Shown piece by piece: positions 49,050 to 64,000 of a stretch of 64,000 bases of DNA. This DNA is from the human T2T-CHM13v2.0 reference genome, Homo sapiens. The stretch lies in assembly GCF_009914755.1 (NCBI RefSeq), contig NC_060938.1; one strand, 5' to 3'. Made by a program: the position numbers and the translations under genes. Every line of letters begins with the position of its first letter. Position 1 is the first letter of the stretch. The notes beneath the pieces are model-generated. The model made no database searches, was not told the origin of the DNA, and was given only the letters and a program-made list of their open reading frames with translations.

Positions 49050-49900
49050 CCTTTCTACTGTAGCGGAGACTACAAGTCCCAGGATGCCCCGCTAGCCCGT
49101 GACCGGCTAGGAAATAAAGAGCCTTCTCTCCGCGGTAGGGGCGCTGTTGGATGTGCTGAGTGACGCGAGGCGGGGAAGTCGGGGCCTAGCCTGGCGCTTT
49201 CTCGGACGCGACCACTGGCCCCGCGTTCGGGGAGGAGCCGGGCGGGCGGTCCTGCACTGGCGTGCCGCTCCCCCAGCCACTGCAATAGAGAGCTGGATCT
49301 GGGTCCCCAGCCCTGCGCTGGCAGCTTCAGAGACTGGCGAGGGCTCGGAGCTGACGCTTGTCAGAGCTGGGGCTTCCCAGATGCTGTCGCCGCACCCCCT
49401 CGCAGGAGGGCCCAGGTCCGAAGTCCTGAGACTTGGAGCGCGCGCGAGAAAGGGGTTGGAGATGATGAGTCAGAAGCGCGGGGCCTTTCTCGTCCCCTCC
49501 CCTAGGGCCTGGGCGCTGAAGATGGACAGGCTCGCTGGGCAGGCGGGTAGATAGGGCAGGCAGAGGGAGGGACCCTGCGACCCGCGTCTCTCCCTAACGC
49601 TTTCCCGCCTCTTGCGAGCACGCCGGTGTAACGAGCCTGCGCTGCCGCCACCCTTTATCTCCAACGCGGGAGCGGGACTGCGCAGGCTTGGCCTCTGGGC
49701 TGACCCGCCGACCTTTGATCTCGGCTGCGGTCGGGTTGCTGAAGTTCTGGCTGCGTTCACCCCCACCGTTTACGACCTTTGCAAGTGTGCAAAGATGACA
49801 GGCTCGCTTGGGCTTGGGAAAAGCCCGGGAGAACTGGGAGTCCCACTAGCAGCAGCAGCTGGGCAGCTTGCTGGCCGCTAGAAACTAGAAATTGACCACA
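49050..49900. promoter_or_regulatory. CpG island promoter (probably the distal ZNF219 start) with a ZNF143/THAP11-type motif
   Basis: CpG-rich; GACTACAAGTCCCAGGATGC at about 49068-49087; CRE-like TGACGC and ETS-like GGAAGT at about 49160-49180. Confidence 0.7.
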
Positions 49901-50456
49901 GCTGGAGTACCAAGAGAACTCACCCCAAATTCACATAGTGCCCGGGATGGCTGTTCGCCTCACACTCATTTTTGTTCCCACTTGAGAAGGCTTCTTTCCC
50001 TAGAGAATGCTGCTTCTCCCGGCCTAGCCAGGGCCAGGCACCAGTGAGGATAGAGCGCAGCCTGGCTGCCTTGCCTTGACATTGCAGTGGCGTCCGCTGC
50101 AGCTCTTTTCTGTTTGTGACACCTTGGAAGAGTGGTAATAATCTTCCTATGACAAGGTTAAGTGTGAGTACTAGTGGGTGGGGACAGTTCTGGGATCAGG
50201 CTCTGGAATGGAGAAAAGATCTAGGCCTTCTGCATTTCTTCCTCTCCCCCAGTCTAATTGCCAGAATAATGGAGAGCTCATGTCTGCAGGGCCGATGAAA
50301 CAATTTTTTTCTTGAAAGTCAGAAGGTGGTGGTAGATGAGGAAGCTGAGGGAAGAAAATTAACAATTTGTTCTGTTTTCCAGGTTTTAGTGATGTGATCA
50401 GATTAGATATTGCATTCTAGTTCCAGAGAAGCTTGATGACCATGGAAATTAACCTC

Positions 50457-51209
<753 letters not shown>

Positions 51210-52438
51210 TTATCTGTTCCAGCAGTTATGCCCATACCTACTTCTTTGGTTTGGTTTCATGAACCCCTAAGTTCTTACTAGAAATTTTTCCTCAAAAAAA
51301 TAATAGGACTGGGACTCAGGAAACCTAGATTCTAATTTTGTTGCTTGGGCAAGTCAAACCTCTCTGAACTACATTTTGTGCACTTGGAGGTTATGGTAAT
51401 ATTTATTCTGTCTACCTTACTGGAGTATCAAGGCTAAAATAAAATCACACAAGGAAAAGTACTTTAAAACTATAAACCACTTCAGGGGTTAAAAATAAAT
51501 TGCCTGTAGAGGTAAGAAGTAGTTTAAATGATAATTTCTTAAAACTCAAGAGCCAGTTCAGCTATAGTTCTTCAATCATCAGTCTGCATTAGATAAACAT
51601 AGTAGGAATTCAGGTTTTGGATATATGTTACAGTTCATGTAGACCTTGCAAAGTCCAAGAGTCTTCGATTAAATATTAAATTCTTAAAACCTTTCTGATA
51701 AAACCTTTTTCATCATATCCCTCTAGGGCATTGGTTCTCAGAGAAAGGTCATTTCGTTCCCCAGAGGATATTTTGCAAGGTCTGGAGACATATTTGTTAG
51801 TCACAACTGAGGAGTGGGGGAGGAGGGAATATGTAACAATGGAAGGCGCAGTAGATGAGAAGTCAGATTTGGGATTTAGTTCCAGTGCTGCTAATGCCGC
51901 TTTCCTGTGCATTATCCTCTGCCAGCTGCAAGCAAAGACTATTTGAGACTTGTCCTGTGTTCCTCATTATTCCCCCTCCACACTGCCTATTGCCACAGTC
52001 CCGGGCTGCTCCATGACAGCGTTCTGCTTTGCTGCAGTGATTCCCAGCAACCACTGTATCTGCCTCTTTCTTCATCAGTTTGGCAGCCTCTGTGGAGGTC
52101 ACTCATTTTACTTGAATGGGAACTTCACTGAAAGAAGAAACTGACAAGGTTTCTGCTGACGTCAGTTTTTAAAGGCCGTGACCCCTATCTATTCTTTTAA
52201 ACATTAAAGAAATCCAGTTCATGATATGTGGCTTCATATGCAGCTGTGGCACATTGGTGGTCGGGAAATTCTCCATGTGAATACATTTTACCCTCATTTC
52301 TTTGAAATTCTGTCATTTATTCTGGCTTTTAATACGTGATCATAGACAACTGACAGTATTTCACAAATGAACTCTTTTCCGTTTCTGAATCTGCCTTTTG
52401 GCAAGATGGCTCAGGTTTTGTGTCCAGGGCTGTGTCCT

Positions 52439-52457
52439 CTGCTGCCATCTCGTGGCC
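52439..52457 (-). promoter_or_regulatory. Candidate CTCF site
   Basis: Reverse complement GGCCACGAGATGGCAGCA fits the CTCF core CCASYAGRKGGCRS with one mismatch. Confidence 0.5.
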
Positions 52458-53812
52458 TCTTGGCTGCCCAGGTTGAGGTCTCACAAAGTGCCTTTCCTAA
52501 GGTAATGGCATTTGGCAGTGGCTTAGTTGGGGAAAGACTCTCCTCTCCATGGTGTGGGGCGCTCCCCAAGTTCCTCCTCTGCAATGGGCCCCTGAGGGCA
52601 GCAGCACACTCGGCCTGGCTGGAAACCTGGGCCTCACAATGAGGCAGGAGGCGGAGGGCCCCTCCTGGTCTTCTGCAAACCCTTGGGCCTCTGTGTCTGT
52701 TATGCAGTCCTGGCCAGGAGCCACCAAATTCAGTGAACCCAACTACCCAGGGGTAATTGAAGCTGACCGCGCCTGCCTGGCCTGAAGAATGCAGTCTCTT
52801 GCCCCTTGCCACCTGGGACTGGGATGCTCTTAATTTCAGTAAGAAATGAAGAGTCTCCCATCAGGTTTCTGGATTCTAGGCCCACACAAAATGGGTCTAG
52901 ACAAGAAAACAGAAGGGTGTGTTGCTCTGCGTCCACACCCTTCATCCTGGCGGGCCCAGCCAGTGCTGCCTCAAATTTGACATTTGATTAATGGGCTGGC
53001 GGGACAGTGGCAGTGGTGTTCTCACTGAGTCACTGTGTTTCCTATAAATATGACAGGATCTATGTACTACAGTGATCAGAGGTCCATCTCCAGGGAACTG
53101 GGAATGTGAGATACTGCCCTGACCTGGGCTGCTGCTGCTGGTGACTAAGCAGTGAGCACAGGAGGGAAGGCAGGAAAATGTTTTTAGTTGCTATTTTTTT
53201 CATTGTGATAACATGTATGTATACACACACACACACACACACACACACATATGTATATATATATAACTATATATATACCTATATAGTTAAAATCTTCCCA
53301 TTGCTAACAAATTCATACAACTTTCCCCTAGTTGTTAGCCCCCTCTCCTGACTCCACCCAGCTCCCATAACCCCTAATCCCAGCCTTCTCAAAAAAAAAG
53401 GAGGAGGAAGAGAGGAGGAGGGGAAGGAGAAAGGAAAGGAGGAGGAGGTGGAAGAAGAAGAAGACTGCTTTTGGTGTTTGCTTTAACCTGATGTCCCCAT
53501 TATAATAATTCAGAAGGAAAGGCCTGCTCATATAATTTCCTACGGCCTCAGGCCAGAGACAGCCATACTTACAGGTAAATTGCTACTAGGCTGGCTTCTC
53601 CTTAAAATTCAGGTGCCATTTACTATCATCTTCTGTTTCTTTTATGTTTTTCCTTGTTTGCCTATTTTTTTTTCTGACTTATTTCATTTATATTTTGTGT
53701 TGCCTACTTTTCTTGGTTCCACTTAGCATCTGAATCTTTGGTTTATTTTTCTTATCAGAAGCTTTTCCTAATTTCTGTCCAGAGTTAATGAATTTTCTTT
53801 GTTGATTCTTGA

Positions 53813-54265
<453 letters not shown>

Positions 54266-54699
54266 TAGCACAGGAGAAAGAGAATTTATGCTTTTATAAG
54301 CCTCAAAGATAATTATGATGAAAAGAAATTGTTCTTTGCGTAACTAAGAAGTGAAACTGGGTCCAGTGGTTACTTGTTATAGAGAGGCCAATTTTAGACT
54401 GAAAAATAGAAACTGAACACCTTTCAAAAGATAAAATGCTTTCAAGTTGGGCTCTCAGCCTGTGGATATGTTAGAGCTGTTTTGTGCAATAAGCTTTCTC
54501 ATGCAATGACAGGTTATTGAAGCAAATATTCAAATATCAGCTGAGTGGTTGAATTAGATGACTTTTAATTTCTCTGCCAACACTCAGATTACATTGGCTT
54601 TTCAGCCGTGATGATGTTTTTTAATTGACCCATCCATACTCTCCAATGTCTCGCCCTGGACAAAATTGTAAAATAAGATGCTGGTATTCCTCTAGTCCC

Positions 54700-54920
54700 T
54701 AGAACTGAATGTATCCATCTTGGCACCATTGATATTTGGGCCAGGTAATTCTTTTTTATGGAAGACTGGTGCATTGTAGAATGCTAAGCAGCAACCTTGG
54801 GCCCTACCTACTTGATGTCGGTAGCACCCCTCCCTCCAGTTGTGACAACCAAAAATATCTCTACACATTGCCAGATGTCTCCTGGGAAGCAAAATTACTT
54901 CTTTCTCTGAAAAACAATGC
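54700..54920. mobile_element. MER20-like hAT DNA transposon
   Basis: ggcaccattgatatttgggccagg...gtgacaaccaaaaatatctc...cattgccagatgtc. Confidence 0.7.
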
Positions 54921-55088
54921 CTTAGAAGGATATGATAAGAAAGGTTTTAAGAACTTAATGTCTAATTTCTCAAGATCTTTGTATTTAAAAAGACCTGCGA
55001 AGATCTACCATAACCAAACAGCACATCCAAAATCTGAATTCCTGCCCTAGCTTTTGCCCCCCACCCCATTTTTCTGAATTTTCTGTGT

Positions 55089-55495
55089 TGTAGTATTGTA
55101 ACCACATCAGGCCAATCTGGTTCAACTTTTATGTAGCAAAGTTGTAAGTTATTTCTCGGTTGCCATGGACCCCAGGTTGAAAGTCCTGTAACCTGAGCAT
55201 GCCCAGATGAACACATGTTCTACCACAGGGGAAACCTGAGTACTCAGACCAAGAAGGGTGGGGAGGACTGAATTGAGAAGCAGACACCGCATAGCAGGAT
55301 CTAGAATCCAATCAGATGAGCTCTGGCATCACCCCATGGCAGGATCCAGTCATATCATGCCTCCTGGCATCATGTCATTGCAAAATGCAATCAGATCACA
55401 CCTCATTACCCTACGCTTATAAAATCCAACCCAACCCCCAGCTCAGAGAGGCAGGTTTGAGCATTTCTTCCTATCTCCTTGGCAGTTAAATCATG
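55089..55495 (+). mobile_element. ERV-type LTR fragment
   Basis: TGTAACC start, TATA-like cttataaaa, resemblance to ERV1 LTRs. Confidence 0.5.
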
Positions 55496-56824
55496 TTGCT
55501 TCTCTGCTTAAATGCTTTTCGGTCCTCCCCATTGCCCACAAGCTTAAGTCCAAGCATTTTAAAATGGTGCATGGACTTCTGTGATTTGGCTCCTGCCCAC
55601 TCTTCGGCGTCATCTCCCATGTCCCCTCTCTTGCACTTCATGATTTGGTGATAGCAGTTTGAGGGAGGTGGCATTGATATTTTTTTTTTCCTTACCAGAG
55701 CTTTCTATTTCATCTGTTATTTCAGTCTCAGAGTACATTCAGCATAGTGCTGCATTAGGACAGCATACAAAGGGATCAGTGTCACTTCCCAACTCTGTTA
55801 ACTCTTCCAATGAAGACACGCAGGGATAATGGTCTTTTAACATACCTGGCAATTTTAAAGTTTTACGCTGACATTGAGAACATCTCACTGGTATTTAAAA
55901 CTTGAGCTCTTTAAATGTATAATTTGTTTAATCAAATTGCACCTTCTTTTTTACACTTTGCAAGTATGTCATAGTAAATACATTATATTTAATTAAGCAA
56001 CTTGCCCTAGTTTCTGTATTGGGGATTTTAACATCATTGGTTGGATCTTTTGTTTTGTCATCTTGCTATTTTTCAGAATCTTGAAATAGCACATTTCCAT
56101 GATGTCTGTTCTCTTCAGTGCCTGTGGAAGCATACAAAAAATATGATGTCTATTCCCCATTTCTGGTCTTCCTGACTCTGAATTAACAGTTGTATCTTCA
56201 GTGTTGACTTCTTGGACTTGTTCCTTGGTTGCACAAGCCTCCTCAATATTTTCTCCAAAACTGACATTTTCTTAACTCTTTATTGGTAGAATATCTACAA
56301 CTGTGTGTCACATCTCTTCAATAGGTTGAGCCCCTGCCAGAATGGCCTTCTCATAGATTGCGAGAATACTTTCAATAGGACTTGGGGTTGGTTCAGTATG
56401 TGCAAGACATATTCAATATTTTACAAGATTTTTGGCATCTGGAATATTTTTAATCAGATCGTTCAGTGTGACCAGTATTTCTTCTTCTGCGCGTCCTTCA
56501 TTAATTAGGTTTAGGCATTCAGAAAATGTGTCGCTTACCTTTTCAGTAAATAATTTTTGTTCATCTTCTGCCATGGTAGTCCAAAAGGACCCAACTGGTT
56601 TTTCATTTTGTTCTTAAGGTTCATACTAGGTAACTATTCAGTTAGGAGGCCTTTTCAGCACTCTTTCTTTGCCAGCTTTCCACTCATTCAGATGAGCTTT
56701 TCTCTCTTCTGAGTTTTCTTTGGATTGAGTTGATCTACTATCAGCAGTTGGTTTTGCTATAGTATATCTTCACTGGTCAATAGGTTTTGATTTTTCTATC
56801 AGTTTGGCATTAGAAGATGAAGCA

Positions 56825-57275
<451 letters not shown>

Positions 57276-57594
57276 AAGATGAAGCAGGCCTGGCTACGAT
57301 TTCACATGCTATTTTCCTTTTTCTTTTTTCCTTTTTAAAACTTTCTTTATTTTGGCAACCACTTGTCCAAAAGATCAGATGCACAATCTTCTTGATTGTG
57401 CCTTATCTCTTTTCTATGTCCTGAGAGGAACTGGTTTTGACCCTAGATAAAACTGTTTTTGATTGTAATAATTCTTTTCTATGAGACCTTTTCCTGATTG
57501 TAAACAAGGCTGAGATTCTACCGATGCCTTCTTTCACAGTGTCCTGGGTATTATTGGATGACTTCTAATAAGAGATCACACAAACTTAGCACTA

Positions 57595-58071
57595 CATTTG
57601 GTGTACCCCAAGTTACATTTAGTGTAACCCAGGGTCCTTGCACACACTGTGAACAAGTACACACTGTTGCACCTTGAGTTTTTGTTGTTTCAAAAAGTTC
57701 CAGGAAGAAGCAAAACAAAACCCATTCGATCCAGAGATGCCCTCTGAATTGGAGATGAATTTGGCAAACTCCCCACATTACCATACAAAAAGTTCCACCC
57801 AAGGAGGAGTATTTTTGCCACTTTCTATACATGTGATATATGAAGAAGCATGATTGATGACTGTACTCCACCTCTACATACGATGACTCAGCTAAGCAGC
57901 CCAATACAAGCCCTGTTTTTAGCTTTGTTCCGAGAGGAACTGCTTTGGGAATTATCCCCAGTATTCTCCTTCTTTGTTGCAAGTAATGAAATCCCCTTGT
58001 TAAATTTTCCTTGGTTGTGGTCATTGGACTGTCACTGGCCAAGCGACCAGCTCACCCATTGTGTGGTAACA
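57595..58071 (+). mobile_element. Solo LTR-like insertion (family unresolved) inside the CKAP2 pseudogene
   Basis: Interrupts CKAP2 homology between ...NITAT and ...LIRSH; ends in LTR-type ...TAACA. Left boundary approximate. Confidence 0.6.
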
Positions 58072-59054
58072 GTAGCAGTTATATTTGAGACTCTATTACT
58101 CTTCACTGTTACGCTGCTGGTGTTTATAAGCTGAGGCTCTGTTGCTTTAGGAATAGTAATTGAAAATTTCTTTGTTGCTGCAGAACTCTCATCTTTGACT
58201 TGTAGAGGTTTTCTAAATGAATTAAACTTAGACTGAACAATTTGGCCTCAATAAGATTCTATCACAGACTTCTTGGGTGTGTCAGCCTCTTGCTTTTGTT
58301 TTTCTGCAACAATTTGTTTCTGTTTACTATTATTGTTAGGGTGAAATGTCTTACATTAATGTCATATGTTGACATTGGGGGTCATCTTCAGTTGGTAACA
58401 ACTTCAGGGTTTGATTATTATCCTCAAATTTATGTGTGACAATTACTATAGTTGAATTGGTCAGTTCATTAGAAGGTTTTAAAGGAATACAATTTTTACC
58501 ACCATTGTATTATTTTTGCTTCTCATGAGTCTGTTGACATTTTCTTTACCAGCCATTTCTCACTGAAGTTTCAAAATATTTCTCTCTTCTTGGAACTGGT
58601 CCTCAAATGTCACCACTCTCTGGCCTCTATTGAGGTTACATAGCTATGGTAGCCAACTTACAGATTCCAGCCCAGGTCCTTATCATTCTCAGATGCAAAA
58701 AGCCTGGACACTATCTGATTTTCCTGTTTGTATCAAAAAATGTTTTTCTTCTTAACAGATGTTTCTTGAGTCTTTGTCTTATTCGCTCTTTGAACATGAA
58801 TTGGGCCTTGGAGGCCACTGCAGGTCTTGGGACATGGCTTGGGTATTTGTCACAGCCTAAGGTGAGGGGATGCATCTCCAGCTTTGACTGCAGATGTAGG
58901 ACTCCTTCAGGCCACAACCAGTGAACACCGCCTAATTTTTTTTCTTGTGTAGTGAAAATCACAATTCAATATTGGGTTCCACCCATTTTGCTTTGACTCA
59001 CACTGTTTCCTTAGTGCTACTCAGCAATTAGTGAAATGGTCTCTGGTACTGCAC

Positions 59055-59160
59055 AAAATATGAAATGCTTCAAGAATTTGCATGTCATCCTTGCTCACAG
59101 GCCCTGCTAATATTCTCTGTATTGTTTCAATGTTAGTATATGTGCTACTGAAGCAAGCAC
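59055..59160 (-). pseudogene. Full-length U6 snRNA pseudogene (diverged)
   Basis: Reverse complement GTGCTTGCTTCAGTAGCACATATACTAACATTGAAACAATACAGAGAATATTAGCAGGGCCCTGTGAGCAAGGATGACATGCAAATTCTTGAAGCATTTCATATTTT aligns end to end with U6. Confidence 0.93.
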
Positions 59161-59368
59161 TAAATTATTAATTAATATGTATGACAGACTCCTCCATCTC
59201 ATCCTTGCAATTCATACTCTCCCTCTCCCTCCTTTTTTTTTTTTTTTTTTTTTTGGTTCGTTTTGATTATCCCAAGGATGATGATGATGACAACACTGAC
59301 TCAGTGATGGGCTGGGTGAGGGTCAGGGCTGTTTGTTGCACACATTAGTGAGATGTCAATAAAAAAAC

Positions 59369-60377
<1,009 letters not shown>

Positions 60378-60481
60378 AAACAAAACCACTAGCGGGAAGT
60401 CAAAGTCATATGATGTCAAAATAACTGAGTCAAAAATTCTTACTTTAGCATATATATTTCTTACTTCCATGCCTTATTTAG

Positions 60482-60971
<490 letters not shown>

Positions 60972-61174
60972 TGAAAAGTTGAGGAAGGAGGGATGACAGA
61001 GAATAACATATAGCTAAAAGATTGTTAGTATTAATATTGAAAAGAATAAAACATTGATAAAGACAAAATAGCCAATTTACGAAAAAGAAAGAAATTTAAA
61101 TGGCCAATAAATCTATGAAGGATTATTTGTATTCATAGTAGTTAAATAAATGCAATTTAAAGCAATAAGATGCT

Positions 61175-61592
61175 GACCAGGTGCAGGTGTCATGCACATA
61201 TAGTCCCAGCTACTCAGGATTCTGAGGAGGCAGAATGGCTTGAGCCCAGGAGTTTGAGGCCAGCCTGGGCAACATGGTGAGACTCTGTCTCTAAAAAATA
61301 AAAATAGGCTGGCAAGGAGATTCATGCCTATAATCCCAGTAATTTGGGAGGCCAAGGCGGGAGGACTGCTCGAGGCCAGGAGTTCTAGACCAACCTAGGC
61401 AACACAGTGAGACCCCATCTCTACAGATAAAAAATTAGATGAGATAGTGGCACACACCTGTAGTCCCAGCTACTCAGGAGGCAGAGGATTCCCTGAGTCC
61501 TTGAGCTGCAGTGAGCCATGATCTTGCCAGTATACTCCATGGCTTGGGGGATACAGTGAAACTCCATCTCCAAAAAAATAAAAAGAAAAAGA
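61175..61592 (+). mobile_element. Alu monomer followed by AluJ
   Basis: Alu consensus. Confidence 0.85.
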
Positions 61593-61821
61593 ATTCAATC
61601 AATAAGGTGCCATTTTATGCCAATCAGATAATTAACATTTTCAAATGCATAAAACCCATTGTTGATGATTATGCAAGGAAATAGGCACTTTCTTATATTT
61701 CTGGTAGGACTATAAATTGGTATAACTTTAATGGAAAGCAATTTAATGACTTGTATCTACAAATTAAGAGTTGCCTACTTTGGCCCAGCCATTCTGCTTC
61801 TAAGAATTTTTCTCAGGAATA

Positions 61822-62237
61822 GAGTGCAGGGAGTACTTAATCCGGCGCCTGACAGGCAGGTTTGTTTCCTCCTTTAGGACTGGAGGCTGCCACCACTGAC
61901 ATGTTCCACCAGATTCTTGTTGGGCTCAAGAAGCATTCAAGCTTCATCCCCCTTCGTATTTATGAAATCCGGAGGTACTGGAGCAGCGCTGTATGTCCAG
62001 CATCTGGCATTGTTCAATCAAGATGTTAGCTGGGACAGAAGACATAAGTCAGAACGCTGGAAGAAACTGGGTCCCAATATTATAATAATCAATAAAGACA
62101 AAATATATTTATAGTTTATTTTATTTGTATTTTATCAATAAAGACAAAATTATATTGCATTATAATAATCTATATACATCACTTTGATGTGTTGGGAATG
62201 ACACTGATTATATCTGAAACTTGGGAGAAAAAAAAAA
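61822..62237 (+). pseudogene. NDUFA4 (COXFA4) processed pseudogene
   Basis: ATG at 61901: [17 protein letters not shown], frameshift, then [43 protein letters not shown]-tail at 62228-62237; TSD ttttc(t/c)caggaata. Confidence 0.88.
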
Positions 62238-62726
62238 CTTTTCCCAGGAATAACCTTGGACATGTGCAAAGAGTTACTTACTGAAATGTACATTACAAGA
62301 TTAATTTTAAAAGCTTAAAAGGCAAACAGTCTAGATATCCAACAGTAAAGTAACTGACTTTTTGTTTGTTTGTTTTGTTTTGCTTTTTTGAGAAAGGGTC
62401 TCACTCTGTCACTCAGGCTGGAGTGCAGTGGCACCATCCTGGCTCACTGACCTCAAGCGATCCACCTGCCTTGGCCTCCCAAAGTGCTGGGATTACAGGC
62501 ATGAGCCACCACACCCAGCCTGTAGTATATTTTTAAGTGAAAAGCATACTGCATTCAATTTTTAAATTGGCAAATGACTTGAATAGACATTTCTCCAAAG
62601 AAGATATACAAATTGCCAACAAGGACATGGTAATGATGTTGAGTAGGGAATGGAATTCAAAACTACAGTGAGATACCACTTCACCACTTCACATCCACTA
62701 GAAGAGCTATTTAAAAATGGAAAATA

Positions 62727-63016
62727 GGCCAGCATGGTGGCTCACGCATTTAATACCAACACTTTGGGAGGCCAAGGTGAGAGGACTGCTTGAGCCTAGG
62801 AGTTCAAAACCAGCCTGGGTAACATGGTGAGACCTCCATCTCTATAAAAATGTATTTAAAATTAGCTGGGCATGGTGGCATGTGCCTGTAGTCCCAGCTA
62901 CTCAGGAGGCTGAGGTTGGAGGAGCCCTTGAGCCTGGGAGGTCAAGGCTGCAATGAACCATGATCACACCACTGCACTCCAGCCTGGGCAACAGAGATCC
63001 CGTCTCAATAAAAAAG
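62727..63016 (+). mobile_element. AluJ
   Basis: Alu consensus. Confidence 0.9.
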
Positions 63017-63689
63017 GAAAATAACAAGTATTGACAAGGATGTGGAGAAATTGGCACTCTCATATATTGCTGGTAGAAATGTAGAATGCTGCAATCACTG
63101 TGGAAAATAGTTTGGTGGCTCTTCAATAGGTTAAGCACAGAATTACCATATGACCAGCAATTCCATTCATGGGTATATATCAAATGGGTGCTCAATTGCA
63201 TATGAATGTTCATAGCAGCACTATTCACAATAGCAAAGAGTGGAAACGACTCAAATATCCATCAACTGATGAATGGATCAGCAAAATGTGATATATATCC
63301 ATATGATGAAATGACATATTTATTATTTAACCATGCTACAGCATATAGGAACCTATATAATATTATGCTCAGTGCAAAAAGCAGACACAAAAAGCCACAT
63401 ATTGTATGATTTCATTTATATGAAATATCCAAAATAGACAAATCCATGGAAATGGAAGAGCCTATTAGGGTTAGCAGGAGCTGGGGAAAGGAGAGAGTGG
63501 GGAATGAATGCTTGCAATGGTTATGGAATTTTAAAATGATGAAGATTTTATTGAACTACTGTAGATGATGGTGATGTTGCACAACACCGTGAATGTACTA
63601 AATGCCACACTGAATAGTGCACTTTAAAATGATAAAATGGTGGATTTTATATCATGTGAATTTTATCACAGGAAAAAAAAAGCATCTTA

Positions 63690-64000
<311 letters not shown>

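Larger units (their letters stand above)
61020..63680 (+). mobile_element. Old L1 (L1M) 3' fragments interrupted by Alus and the NDUFA4 retrocopy
   Basis: gacttgaatagacatttctccaaagaagatatacaaat; atgttcatagcagcactattcacaatagcaaa; A-rich end. Confidence 0.75.

Noticed and set aside
51863-52102. 79-aa minus ORF (MTSTEAAKLMKK...) as a possible pseudogene fragment
   Set aside because: I could not match it to any protein, and saw no A-tail or TSD.
59055-59160. Functional U6 gene
   Set aside because: Many substitutions including CpG decay, no evident PSE/TATA layout, and a retroposed context.

Overview
Human genomic DNA, recognised as chr14q11.2 from its gene content. From left to right it holds RNASE8 (single coding exon, +), a CpG-island promoter shared by ARHGEF40 (+) and a probable distal first exon of NDRG2 (-), and ARHGEF40/Solo itself (23 coding exons summing to 4560 nt = 1519 aa). 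ZNF219 follows on the - strand (4 coding exons, 720 aa here), with its 3' end overlapping that of ARHGEF40. Next come TMEM253 (+, 6 coding exons, 217 aa) and a second CpG-island promoter near 49.1-49.9 kb. The last ~14 kb is a retro-element graveyard: a CKAP2 processed pseudogene with several nested insertions, a U6-derived element abutting its 5' end, an NDUFA4 retrocopy inside an old L1, solo LTRs and many Alus. The least-explained signals are (1) a dense cluster of RFX X-box-like motifs in ARHGEF40 intron 21, (2) the U6+tail / CKAP2 tandem retro-structure carrying an extra MIR-like segment, (3) an ancestral-type NDUFA4 retrocopy, (4) an MS4A/CD20-like signature in TMEM253 and (5) an old inverted duplication near 51.6/55.0 kb. 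I saw no convincing wholly new gene system. Gene identities and repeat family names come from memory, not from database searches.
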